Position numbers and translations under genes: made by a program
NCBI GenBank assembly: GCA_951406725.2
Contig: OX597822.1
Span: 64,728,001-64,792,000, forward strand
Origin: Octopus vulgaris
Taxonomy: Eukaryota
Reading direction: 5' to 3'
Length of the DNA: 64,000 bases
The notes under the pieces: model-generated
What the model was told of the DNA's origin: nothing
Database searches by the model: none
Seen by the model: only the letters and a program-made list of their open reading frames with translations
Shown: in pieces, positions 43,723 to 56,744 of the stretch
Position numbering within the stretch: position 1 is the first letter of the stretch
Layout: each line of letters starts with the position of its first letter

Positions 43723-43781
43723 ATTATGTACGCGTTTCGGGATTAGAATTATGAAAAATTCATTTCCTTCATCGCCATAAT
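43723..43781 (-). ncRNA. Hammerhead-like motif with altered core
   Basis: Minus strand: ATTATG-GCGATGA-AGGA..GAATT/AATTC..TCCC-GAAA-CGCGT-A-CATAAT; perfect 6-bp stem I and ACGCGT palindrome. Confidence 0.6.
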
Positions 43782-43827
43782 ATTTCGTAAAATTTAATTA
43801 TTATTAAATTAATAATTCATTCTGTAA

Positions 43828-43901
<74 letters not shown>

Positions 43902-44084
43902 GATGGCAGTTCTTCGTATCTTAAAATTATGAGGAAGAGCAACAAGGCTTGGCTGGCCATGTAAACCGTTCTCTGAACGATAGGAACTGACGCACTTTGG
44001 AGGAATTTTTGACCGAAACCCATCAGAATATTTAGTAAGGTAAGGGTCCTGACTATGTATTTTTTCTTCGGCATTTCTCATCAG

Positions 44085-44521
44085 CTGCAGCTGATTTGAC
44101 CTTAAAGCTGCAGAGAGTGATCTGAATTCAATGTCTTGAAACGTCTCTGAGTAATGAATCTCCCTCGATGTTCTGGGGTCCCTTCCTCCCTCTGTGAGCT
44201 TGCATTCTAACTTCCTGGAGGCTCCCTCTGCAGCTTCTGCACTTGCCGAGCTCCTTGTAGAATACGGCTTTCAGTATTTGGGATATGTTCGTCAATGAGA
44301 CATCATTTGGACACCTAAGTAGTCTCACCAGCAGCATAGCGTCAATGCTGGAGCGCATCGTTGTTGGTGTTACCGAGACCAACACCTCATTTAGACCTCT
44401 GCAGAAGCGTGTATGGCAGAACCGCGCACTGTACCTGTCCACCACGACCTAAGTTAATAAGGCTGTTGTCATCATCACCCTCCTCTATAGATCACAAGAT
44501 TGGGTGCTGTACAGGAAGCAG
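44085..44521 (+). pseudogene. RTE-clade LINE reverse transcriptase C-terminal fragment
   Basis: SFRPLQKRVWQNRALYLSTTT*VNKAVVIITLLYRSQDWVLYRK resembles RTE AFGRL.KRVW....L.TKL.VY.AVV..TLLYG.ETW. Confidence 0.7.
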
Positions 44522-44668
44522 ACAAATTTGCTAATTAGTACGTATGTATATATATATTGGCCTGCTCGCTTAGCCAGCGGGGTGGCGTCATTCGAAGGCT
44601 AAAACAATGCGAACGCAATGTGACCAGCGATATGTAACAACATCTGATGGTCTGGTCGGTCACGTGAT

Positions 44669-44698
<30 letters not shown>

Positions 44699-44699
<1 letters not shown>

Positions 44700-45090
44700 G
44701 GCGTAGGCGTGGCTGTGTGATAAGTAGCTTGCTTACCAACCACATGGTTCCGGGTTCAGTCCCACTGCGTGGCACCTTGGGTAAGTGTCTTCTACTATAG
44801 CCTCGGGCCGACCAGAGCCTTGTGAGTGGATTTGGTAGACGAAAACTGAAAGAAGCCCGTCGTATATATGTATGGGTATATGTTTGTGTGTCTGTGTTTG
44901 TCCCCCCAACATTGCTTGACAACAGATGCTGGTGTGCTTAATTACGTCCCCGTAACTTAGCGGTTCGGCAAAAGAGACCCATAGAATAAGTACTAGGCTT
45001 ACAAAGAATAAGACCTGGGTTCGATTTACTCGACTAAAAGGTGGTGCTCCAGCATGGCCGCAGTCAAATGACTGAAAGAAATAGAAAAGA
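44699..45090 (+). mobile_element. Family B SINE, full length
   Basis: Consensus match. Confidence 0.9.
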
Positions 45091-45115
45091 AATATATATA
45101 TATATATATATATAT

Positions 45116-45340
45116 AAAGTCACCTGTCAGTAAATCAAAACCATTTAATTGTCAAGGTTTATTTATGTTTAACCACCGAATGAATTTATTAAAAGCATCT
45201 AAATATGAAACATCATGAAAATTGTTCAAACTGAAGCCGTTCTTGTGCAACACCATTTTGCCAAATGAATAAATACAATTGAATATTAACTATTTATGGA
45301 ATTTTGATTTACTGTCGAGTGACTTTTGGCCTACCCTGTA
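45116..45340. mobile_element. Tc1/mariner-like MITE with truncated left TIR
   Basis: AAAGTCACCTGTCAGTAAATCAAAA versus TTTTGATTTACTGTCGAGTGACTTTTGGCCTACCCTGTA. Confidence 0.55.
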
Positions 45341-45377
45341 CATACATACATACACATACATACATACATACACATAC

Positions 45378-45425
<48 letters not shown>

Positions 45426-45478
45426 ATATATATACATATATATATATATACACATACACAGATATATATATACACACA

Positions 45479-45515
<37 letters not shown>

Positions 45516-45516
45516 A

Positions 45517-45574
<58 letters not shown>

Positions 45575-45576
45575 AG

Positions 45577-45860
45577 TGGAGGCGCAATGGCCCAGTGGTT
45601 AGGGCAGCGGACTCACGGTTTCGATTCCCAGAGCGGGCGTTGTGAGTGTTTATTGAGCGAAAACACCTAAAGCTCCACTAGGCTCCGGCAGGGAGTGTTG
45701 GCGATCCCTGCTGTACTCTTTCGCCACAACTTTCTCTCACTCTTTCTTCTGTTGGCCTGCTTGCTTAGCCAGCGGGGTGGCGTCATTTGAAGGCTAAAAC
45801 AATGTGAAGCACATTGTGACCAGCGATGAGTAGCAACATCTGATAGCCTGGTTGGTCACG

Positions 45861-45902
<42 letters not shown>

Positions 45903-46174
45903 TATGTATATATACATAAATATAAATGCGACCTTTTAAAGCCTAGCCAGGCGCATGGGTCCGGTTTCTCGGTTTCTATGGCGTATGTGTTCCCCAGCTG
46001 GACGGGACGCCAGTCCATCGCAGCGCTACTCATTTTTGCCAGCTGCGTGGACTGGAGCAACGTGAAATGAAGTGTTTTGCTCAAGAACACAACACGCTGC
46101 CCGGTCCAGGATTCGAACTCACAGCCTCGTGATCGTAAGCTCGACGCTCTAACTACTGAGCCATGAGCCTTCAC
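45577..46174. mobile_element. Two family C-type SINEs, tail to tail
   Basis: A/B boxes at 45588 (+) and ~46160 (-). Confidence 0.8.
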
Positions 46175-47071
46175 AGAGGCCCACTATTAAAAACTATATT
46201 ACATATCATGGAGTGGAAGCCGAAATACGCTGCTTGCAGAATTTATATACATTGTTATGGACTCTGTGTTTAAGTTCCCACCGGGGTTTGAATTTACCTT
46301 TCATCTCTGAGACCACACTGCGGTAGAACCCCACGCCCCATCTCCCAAAAATGCAACGTTCTTATACTAGTATTGATTTAATCGATTTTATACATTCACC
46401 TAGAAATTTGTGGCCTGATGCTAAAGTTAGAAATTCTAATTAAAGCTCTCCTAAAAGCTTAGAGATGGCTTAGATGCTAGTGGTACCATTCATCGATTTA
46501 TTAAGAATTTGGTGAAATTAAGAGATGTACAGGCGAATATGTAATTGGATATTTTAGTACAAACTAACTCATAACTACAACTGATAATATTGGTTTCAGG
46601 TTTTAGTACAGGATCAACAAGTTCAGGAAAGGAGTAGCACGATTACATCGACCCCAGTGCTCAAATTGAACTTATTTTATCGACCGCGAAAGAATAAATG
46701 GCCAAGTCGAACTCGGAGGAATTTGAACTCAGAACATAAAGAATGACAAAATACCGCTGAGCACTTTAAGCCCGGCGTGCAAACGATTGTGCCAGCTGTT
46801 CGCCTATTGACGTTACTAACATCGGTTTCAGATACTGGCACGTACATAGTGTGCAGAAGGGGTTAAAATCCAAGCTGTATTCTCGAGAATCGCATCTATA
46901 TGTTCTTGTAATCAAATGTATGTGTATAGATGTTTTATTTTAAATGAAGCATACACATGAATTGAAAGTATTAGTGAGTGCTGGTATACGATGGGCTTCT
47001 TTCAGTTTCCGTCTCCCAAATCCATTCACAAGATTTTGGTTGACCCGAAGCTATAGTAGAAGAAACTTTCC

Positions 47072-47147
<76 letters not shown>

Positions 47148-47210
47148 GTAATATCTATCTATAAAAAGGACCGCTGCAATACATTAGTGAATCTGAGAAG
47201 GGGAATATAA

Positions 47211-47500
47211 TTCTATATTTAAGAGATGAGGAATTATGTACATTATTTACATTATTTACATTTGTCCTCATCTTGTTTGTTGTTAACATAACGTCTCGGC
47301 TGATATACCCCAACATCGCTTGACAACCGATGCTGATGTGTTTACGTCCCTGTAACTTAGCGGTTCGGCAAAAGAGACCGATGGAATAAGTACTAGGCTT
47401 ACAAAGAATAAGTCCTGGGGTTGATTTGCTCGACTAAAGGCGGTGCTCCAGCATGGCTGCAGTCAAATGAGTGAAACAAGTAAAAGAGTAAAAGAGTATT
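47211..47500. mobile_element. Truncated family H element (-) fused to a family B SINE 3' half (+)
   Basis: ...CGGCTGATATACCCC|AACATCGCTTGACAACC junction at ~47310. Confidence 0.75.
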
Positions 47501-48884
47501 GGTGTTTATGCTTATATGACCAACTTAAGCACTTCACGCAAATGCCACTGCATGGCTGTCGTCCAATGACTAAATCAAGTAAAAAAAGAGTAAGAATGAA
47601 AGGAAGTATCTTCCCATTTTTTTTAAGCAGTTGCACACCGGAGTATGCTAGACTATTCGATCTTTTTTAAACACGCGTGGTGTGATTTCATGATGAAAAA
47701 AAAGATTTTGCTGCTATTTCGCGCAGATCTAGCGACCACTTGATGGACCTGCCAAAAGCCCTTCCTCTGAACCAAATCAAGCCGAGCCATAAAAATAGAA
47801 ATGGCGATGTGTGGTAGTGGTGATAGGAGAAAAATGTTATCAGACTGCTGACAGAGAGCGACTGGGTAAGAGAAACTGAATACCTTCAAGAGGCGACAAA
47901 GGTGCTGCAATCTGATGGCATAAATAAATAAGTAAAATCCTTCTTTTTTGGTAAAGAAAAAAAACAGAGGCGGAACTGATGTCACACTTTACTGTCTTAA
48001 TTCCGTAAAAGTATTAGCACCATCTGTGTTCGTATGACATCCGAGATAAAAAAAACCCACACGTTACTACCCACCCATAACACATAGACATACTACACAC
48101 ACATAGCGTCTTTATTAGGAAGAAACTGCTGGGCCGTTTTTTTCCCCTTTTCCTTTATGCTGAAGGGGGCTGGCAAAGTATTCGATCAGGGTGGAGTCAA
48201 GGTGTTAATTTATGTTCCCTTGATTTTTTTCATCTGTGAAAGATGAAAGATTTAGCGGAACAGTTGGAAAAAGGCGTATTGTTTAGGGACGGGACATGTC
48301 ACGTTCTAATTACCGCACAGAATATAGCTCAACTTTTCTTTTTTCCCTGTGTGAGTTTTTATAGTCCTGTTTAGCTTTATTCACTTGTGTTTTCTCTCTT
48401 GTGTGATTTAGAGATTTCTTTTTTTTTTTTTGTTCAATACATGACAGTTTTCTTATCTTTCTAACACACATCGGAATAACCGAAGTCGTTAGCTTTTTCT
48501 TTCCCATATCATTATTTTGGTAGCGAACAGCAGCGCAACGCTAGCTTTCTGGTGTCAAATCCCACCAGCGCTGTGTTGTCTGTGTTTCTGTTTGTCTATC
48601 TCTCTTTATATATGTATGAACGCACGAATGCATGCAGGTATGTATCTCTCATTCTGTGTATAAATACATGCATACACGTGTATATATTATATTATATTAT
48701 ATTATATTATATTATATTATATATATATATATATATACAAAAAGCAATAAAGATTCAAGTCAATTTTAATGAATTTACTTGAATATGGTACCTAACTTAG
48801 ATGCACCAAAAAACTATACGGTTTTAACAATACAGTAATGTGGGGTGATTATAAGCGAGAAAGAAGCAACAAGAATGGATAAGT

Positions 48885-48975
48885 TTTTAGTACAATCGTT
48901 TCATACAAAGACAGGCTTTATTAAAAGTTGCAAAAATTGCAGCATATAAACGTGTCCCGTACTCATCAGCTAAAA
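48885..48975 (-). ncRNA. Type I hammerhead ribozyme with intact core
   Basis: Minus strand: TTTTAG-CTGATGA-GTACGGGACA...TGTCTTTGTAT-GAAA-CGATTGT-A-CTAAAA; stem I 6/6, GUA cleavage triplet. Confidence 0.78.
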
Positions 48976-49062
48976 TACATGTGAGTTCTCTAGACATCTT
49001 AGTGGTTGAGGCTATACTCATGAAGTAATGTAGATAATTAAGTAACATAAACAGATTATATA

Positions 49063-49101
<39 letters not shown>

Positions 49102-49626
49102 GGGTAAAATATGTTAATTAATTTATAATTAATAATAGTAGTTCGGTATGTTAAAAGAACCATTATCGGTAACCTTGTCTGGGAGATATCTTATGGTGGA
49201 GGAATAGTATTTAACTGCTATTTCTAAATTTCGACATGTGGTGAAGCAATTTGCTGAACCCTAATTATAATTATGCTTATAATTATAGAATTTATGTATA
49301 ATATATATATATATATATATCAATAAATAAAACATATGCATATATATGTATATATATGTACGTACCTACCTCTACATGTATATATACACGCATGTATGAG
49401 GTACAGGACACCCAAAAGAAAACGTCGAACACAATGAGAAACGAAAACATAGACACAAACACAAGGAACTGGGTATTTTTCTTAAACAACAAAAAAAGAG
49501 TACAGGACAAATAACACAAGGAAAAAACCCCTTCTTCAGTCGCCATGGTTTCATCTACTCTACGTTTCGAAGGTGAAGGCGAGACGTATCTTCGATAAGA
49601 AACGTTACTTCCTGCGAAAAGCAAAT

Positions 49627-49724
<98 letters not shown>

Positions 49725-49890
49725 CACAGGAGTGGCTGTGTGGTAGGTAGCATGCTTACGAACCGCATGGCTTCCAGTTCAGTCCCACTGCGTAGCACAT
49801 TGGGCAAGTGTCTTCTGCTATAGCCTCAGGCTACCCAAAGCCTCGTGAGTGGATATGGCAGACGGAAACCGAAAGAATCCCGTCGTATAT

Positions 49891-49939
<49 letters not shown>

Positions 49940-49947
49940 TATATACA

Positions 49948-51185
49948 CAGGGGTTGGACAAAATAATGGAAACACCTACCATCATAGTATCATAATTTTG
50001 TAATATCTATAAAACCGTCAATAGTTTGTTTATTTTTATGTTTTTTGATTTATTATTAGTGTTGCTTAATATGATTTGCTAAAATTGTTGTTTCTTTTCA
50101 GATATCATCAGAAAACAGGTAATTAAAATTCATTAAAATGACAGATCTATCGGACTTTCAAGGAGGTAAAATTGTTGGTGCTCGTATGGTAGGTGCTTCC
50201 CTAATAAAAACAGCCGAAGTGTTTGGTGTATCAAGAAGAACTGTCTCGAAAGTAATGACAGCCTTTGAGAAAGAGGGAAAAACTTCCTCGTCGAAACAAA
50301 ACTCCCGAAGAAAACCAAAAATTTCAGATAGGGACCGGACCGTTGGACACTTACGCGAATTGTTAGAAAGGATCACAAAAGTACGGCTCCCCAAATTACT
50401 GCAGAGCTTAATGACCACCTCAAGAACCCACTTTCCACAAAAACTGTTCGCCGGAAGCTGCACAAAACCGGATTTCACAGGAGGGCTGCAATCAGAAAAT
50501 CACTACTTTCAAAAACAAATGTTGCAAAGCTTTTAGAGTGGAGTAAAAACCTACAGAATTGGTCCCTAGAGCAGTGGAAGAATGTTATTTTCTCGGACGA
50601 GTCATCCTTTACTTTATTTCCAACCACCGACCGAATATACGTGTGGAGAAAGCCAAAAAAAAAAAAGCATTTGACCCAGACTGCCTTCTTCCAAATGTTA
50701 AACATCTGTGATGATTTGGGGTCTATATCTTGGAAATCCGCCTGCCCGATGGTTTCCCTTCATGACAGAATTAATAATCAAGACTATTTAAGCATTTTAT
50801 TTGATCAAAATCATCATATGGTTGCGGAACTATTTCCGGAGGGAAACGCAACCTTTCAGGAAGATAATGCACCAATTCACACAGCTAAAGTTGTTACTGA
50901 ATGGCACGAGAAACTTTGTAGTGAAGTTGAATATCTTATCTGGCCACCACAGACCCCAGATCACAAAATCTTTAAACATTTATGGTGCATTTTAGAAAAT
51001 CAAGTAAAGAGTCGACAGCCTCCACCATCAAGAACTGGAGATTGTTTCAGCTGAAGAAGGGATAAAAAATTCCTTTGGAAACAATTCAAACTTTGTATGA
51101 GTCCTTACCTCGTAGAATTCATGTAATTACTGCCAAAGGCGATGCCACCCCATATTAATATAAATTTGTTTGAAATTTTAAGATG
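49948..51185 (+). mobile_element. Tc1-superfamily DD36E-type transposon with frameshifted transposase
   Basis: Left TIR CAGGGGTTGGACAAAATAATGGAAACACC; MTDLSDFQGGKIVGAR HTH, VIFSDESSF, FQEDNAPIHTA...WPPQTPD; 36 residues to the degenerated E position; right TIR lost. Confidence 0.9.
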
Positions 51186-51555
51186 AACTCAGAACGTAAC
51201 GGCAGACGAAATACCCATTTCTTTACTACACACAAGGAGCTAAACACAGAGAGGACAAACAAAGACAGACAAACGGATTGAGTCGATTATATCGATCCCA
51301 GTGCGTAACTGGTGCTTATTTAATCGATCCCGAAAGGATGAAAGGCAAAGTCGACCTCGGCGGAATTTGAACTCAGAACGTAGCGGCAGACGAAATACCT
51401 ATTTCTTTACTACCCACAAGGGGCTTATTTAATCGATCCCGAAAGGATGAAAGGCAAAGTCGACCTCGGCGGAATTTGAACTCAGAACGTAACGGCGGAC
51501 GAAATACGGCTACGCGTTTCGCCCGGCGTGCTAACGTTTCTGCCAGCTCGCCACC
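51185..51555 (-). mobile_element. Tandem family A SINE array
   Basis: Repeated GAACTCAGAACGTA.CGGCAGACGAAATAC junctions. Confidence 0.88.
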
Positions 51556-52978
51556 TTTGACATCACCGTCTATAGCTAATCATTTAGCTAGTTATATACT
51601 GAAAACTCTTCTAACACGTACGTATTTTGCGAGATTGGCCCTTATCTCTGATTGTCTTTACTTTAATTGAATGGAAAAAGAATATCCTATCTGATAGGTT
51701 GGTGGCGAACAGTAGGTAGCTTTTGCTGAAGGAAGATTTGAACTTGGTATTACAAAACGATGAAGCACACCGAATTAGCAGTGCAACCGTTGCAGGCTTT
51801 CAGTGATGTACTGTCCCACCTTGTGTTAAAAAAAAATTTAACTTCGTGGATTCGACAATTGAGAATTGAGTATCTTGGTTATACACACTATTGGATGCAA
51901 AACCTCCAACGCCTCATTTTGTGCACTCAACTATCGACTCTGCTAGCTAAGCTTACGTAAAGGCGTACCTAAAATTTTACTAACCAAGTTACATTTCGAA
52001 ATTCTTGGTTAACTCATCTGGATTATTTAAAAGACCTCCCCTGACGGATACTATAAATCACACATAGGTAACTCTTAATTGCAAATCCTTATTTGTCTTG
52101 TGTAAGCTACCTAACTCATACGAACCGCTGACGTTTAAATTACATCTTTAGTACTCATTCAACTGGACTACATGAATTTTTTAAAAGTATAGCCAACAGT
52201 CAAATCACAAAAAATATTCTTGTCTCGGTTGATACACATGATTTTCATTAGCATTGAGAACAGAGTTAGAAGTTCGTAGAAAGGAAAAAAAAAATCTATA
52301 ATAGTTTTTATTCGTCTTCAATACGTCTCTCTGACTCATTTGGTAACTTCTAGAAAGTTCTCATTACAAACTAACATATGTTTCTCTTTACTCTAGGACG
52401 AAGTATAAAGATGGCGGCCAGGTGAAGAACCAAATTTTCTTGATGTTTATCAGCTCCATATATACATATTTGGTACTGAAGAATCATCTGGCAGTGGCAA
52501 AACCTCCAGTTTGGATTAATTGATTCTGAGTTCAAAACGCTAATTGGGTTTTACTTATTTTGGCGCTAGTTACGTTAGTAATCACTTGTGTAATTTTCTT
52601 GGCGACTTGGAAATAATAACTCCTCATATTAGCAGAATATCACACGGTTACATTACTGTAAGCAACGAGAACAGTATCTTTTGATATTATAGGTATTTAT
52701 TAAAAAAAATCCTTGAAGAATGAATCTGACCAAAGTCGAATAATATTCGGACATAAATAAACGTAATTAAATACTATTAGTTTGTCAGATAAATTTGTTC
52801 GCCTTTTCTTTTTCTTTTTTTTTTTTTTTAATTTATCTGGCACTATCGTCATGTCTGAAAAGAACTAAAATATATTCAACTGTCAGAAATGATAAGCAAA
52901 AGTTGTGGAATGAAAATAGAGCACCAAGAAGCCCATAAGACACTACAATAAAAATATTTTTGTGTTAATTCAAATTAA

Positions 52979-53126
52979 CATTATTTACATTATTTTCATT
53001 TGACGGATATTTGTCCTCATCTTGTTTGTTGTTAACACAACGTTTCGGCTGATATACCTTCCAGTCTTCATCAGGTGTCTTGGGGAAATTTCGAACCTGG
53101 GTTCTCAATCTTAAGGTATTTTTCGA

Positions 53127-53163
<37 letters not shown>

Positions 53164-53481
53164 CACTACGCCATATGACCGCTGGCATATGGCATAGTGG
53201 TTAAGAGCGCAGGCTATTAACCCCAAAATTCCAGGTTCGATTCCAGGCAGTGACCGGAATAAGGATAATGATAATAATAAAAATAATAATAATAATAATC
53301 ATAACAACATCGAAAAATACCTTAGAGGTGAGAAGCCGGATTCGAAATTTCCCCAAGACACCTGATAAAAGCTGGAAAGTATATCAGCCGAAACGTTGTG
53401 TTTAACAACAAACAAGGTGAGGGCAAATATACGTGAAATGTAAATAATGTACATAATTCCTCATCTCTTAAATATAGAACT
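52979..53481. mobile_element. Family H head-to-head inverted dimer with two hammerhead motifs
   Basis: Minus copy HHR at 53034-53079; central IR AACCACTACGCCATATG / CATATGGCATAGTGGTT; A box, B box GGTTCGATTCC at 53234-53244; plus copy HHR at 53357-53402. Confidence 0.85.
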
Positions 53482-53711
53482 GAATTCAAATAAAGTTGGA
53501 AATAATTAAAATAAGTGAAAAGAAAAAAATCAAACAAAAAAACGAAGAGACTTATCTGACAGCCCTGTAATTTCTAAGACAGGTAGGTCAGAAATTTTAT
53601 GGAGAGGCAACAGTTATTTATGCCAAACTCCAATACTTAACAGATATTTTATTTTATTGATCCTAAAAGGCCAGAATATAAATAACCATAGCTAAATACG
53701 AAAGTTTCCGA

Positions 53712-53882
53712 TGCGCATGAGTAGCTGTGTGGTAAGCAGCTTGCTTACCAGTCACATGGTTCCGGGTTCAGTCCCACTACATGGCACTTTGGGCAAGTGT
53801 CTTCTTCTATAGCCTCGGGTCGATCAAAGCCTTGTGAATGGATTTGGTAGATGAAAAGTGAAAGAAGCCCGTCGTATATATG

Positions 53883-53961
<79 letters not shown>

Positions 53962-54180
53962 GTGTATATGTTTGTGTCTGTGTTTGTCCCCCCAACATCA
54001 CTTGACAACCGATAGTGGTGTGTTTACATCCCCGTAACTTAGCGGTTCGGCAAAAGACACCGATAGAATAAGTACTAGGCTTACAAAGAATAAGTCCTGG
54101 TGTCGATTTGCTTGACTAAAGGCGGTGCTCCATCATGGCCGCAGTCAAATGACTGAAACAAGTAAAAGTGAGTAAAAGAG
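53712..54180 (+). mobile_element. Family B SINE
   Basis: Consensus match. Confidence 0.88.
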
Positions 54181-54454
54181 AGATGCTTTAACGATTTCTC
54201 ACAATACCCTTTCAGGAATCGTTGTTTTTGCTTGTTGTTATGGTTATTATTATTGTTAATTAGTAGTGGATAAGACCCAATCTGACAGGCCCTTAATGAC
54301 TACCCTGACTTTTCTTCAAAAATTGTCTATCTACAGTCGTGGCCAAAATTTTGGAACATTATTTTAAAAATTAAAATCGTTACGCCCAAGTACATACAAT
54401 TCAGTTCAAATATAACTTTGGGCATTTAAGATAAAAATTCTAATCTTCAGATCT

Positions 54455-55075
54455 ATTCTTTTAGCAGCATTTCGTCTGTCGTTACGTTCTGGGTTCCAAT
54501 GCCGCCGGGGTCGACTTTGCTTTTCATCGTTTTGAGGTCGATAAAATAAGCACCAAGTGGATAGTGGGATCGATGTAATTGACTCAGCCCCTCCCTGAAA
54601 TAGCTGGCTTTGTGCCAAAATTTGAAACTAATATAAAGGAGAAGAAATAAAGTATGCGCCCTGCTAAGTAGTTTTTTGGCGGCGAGCTGGCAGAATCGTT
54701 ACCGCACCGTAAAAAGTTGCTTAGCGATAGTTCTTCTGGCTTAACGTTGTGAGTTCAAATGTCGCCGGAGTCGAGTCTGCTTTTCATCCTTTCGTGTTTA
54801 ATAAAAATATATACCAGTCGATCACTGGGGTCGATGTAATCAACTTGATCTCTCCTCGAAATTGCAGGCCTCGTGCTAAAATTTTGAACCAATACAAAAT
54901 GCCGGCAGTGTATTGCGGCATTTCTTCCGATTCTCTGCATTTTGAGTTCAAATAACGCCGGGGTCAGCTTTGCCGTTCATCCTTTCGGTGTCAATAAAAT
55001 AAGTACCAGCTGTACACGGAGGTCACATAATCGACTTACTTCTGACTTCCTTTAAAATTGCTGATTTTGTGTCAA
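54455..55075 (+). mobile_element. Three old family A SINE copies
   Basis: Diverged GGGGTCGACTTTGC.TTTCATC cores. Confidence 0.7.
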
Positions 55076-55708
55076 CATAAGCGGTATTTTTGATGTTGCT
55101 TTTATTCTCCAGATCAACCTTAATACATTTGGTTTATAATCAATGGAGTTCCAGCCGTGACTAACTCCTGTGTTTTCTTTCGACGTAATGTACCTAAGAA
55201 TACCTTATCTAACGTGCCCCTTCATTTGTTTTTTTTAATCGTTCCAACCTGATTTGAAGTAAAATTAGCTACTGTTTTTTGCTTATCAAGCGACCACGTA
55301 CTCGTATTTCTTGACATTATTCTTAGCTTTTTCGTGATAATGGCGATAGTGTTGGATGGAGAGGGGGTCGGAGAAAATTAATGGCGCTTGCAATAGTGAT
55401 GGTAAGACCAGTAGTAATGTTGGTGGCGTTGGTGGTATTGGTGTCGTTGGTGGATGTAGTGTTGGTAGTCGTATGATAGTGGTGATGGTGACAGGAATGG
55501 AAAGGGCGGTAGTGGTGGTGAGAGTAGTGATAGTGGTGATGGTGGTGGTGACGGTCGCCGTCGGTGTCGTGGTGATAATGATGATGATGATGATACAGTG
55601 ATGGTTAGCAAAATAAATTCTTGACTTTTAGCCAGAGGTTAACCCAAATCGAACAGACCTAGGATTCAAACGAGGAACACCCCGACAATTTTCTTTTTCC
55701 AACCATAA

Positions 55709-56111
55709 CTCTTTACTCTTTTACTTGTTTCAGTCATGTGATTGTGGCCATGCTGGAGCACCGCCTTTAGTCGATCAAATCGACCCCAGGACTTATTCTT
55801 TGTAAGCCTAGTACTTATTTTATCGGTCTCTTTTTTGCCGAACCGCTAAGTTACGGGTACGTAAACATACCAGCATCGGTTGTCAAGCGTTGTTGGGGGG
55901 ACAAACACAGACACACAAACACGCACATACATATATATATATACATATATACGACGGACTTCTTTCAGTTTCGGTCTACCAAATCCACTCACAAGGCTTT
56001 GGTCGGCCCGAGGCTATAGTAGAAGACACTTACCCAAAGTGCCACGCAGTGGGACTGAACCCGGAACCATGTGGTTGGTAAGCAAGCTACTTACCACACA
56101 GCCACTCCTAC
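55709..56111 (-). mobile_element. Family B SINE, full length
   Basis: Consensus match. Confidence 0.9.
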
Positions 56112-56744
56112 TCCTAACGTAATCTAAATATAAATTCTAGCGTACATCAACAAATACATCCTTCACATTTTTAACACCAATCATCTGCATGCCGAGAGAG
56201 ATTTGACTGATATTTTTAGCACGCAGGTTGAACAACCGCATAGATGCTCCCACGTTAGCTCGAAAATCAATATATTGATAAGAAATGTAGGATGCTAGCC
56301 TGTGAACGTATTTGTGTGTTAATGTATGCACGTAGAAGCAGTACCATTGTTCCTAATCAAAAGAAATAAATATATGCATGACGGTGAGGGAGTTAGGCGA
56401 GATTGTTAAACACCTAACTACATCTAATGCAGTACTTCCTTTCGTGTAAATAGAGATAGCCGTGTGGATAACATTTTAGCTTCTCAATAATCTGGTTGGG
56501 CGTTTGTTCGATTCTGTTGCGTGATATATAGGGCACGAGTTTTCTACTGCTGCCTCCAGTTCACCTAATACCTACAAATGAAACTTTGTAGAAAACGGTC
56601 GAATTAAACAAATACTTGTGAATAGAAAACCCAAACCCCGTCACTAGTATTTTGTTTTATTTTTGCATCATTCGTGTAAATAGGAATGGCCGTGTTTAAG
56701 AATTTAGCTTCTAAATCATATGGTTCTCTGTTTCTTCACTTCTA

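Noticed and set aside
53186-53255. Functional tRNA gene
   Set aside because: A and B boxes are present, but there is no convincing acceptor stem and it is fused to a repeat body; treated as a SINE head.
54332-54360. Tc1-like TIR TACAGTCGTGGCCAAAA
   Set aside because: Solo end with no partner TIR or transposase nearby.
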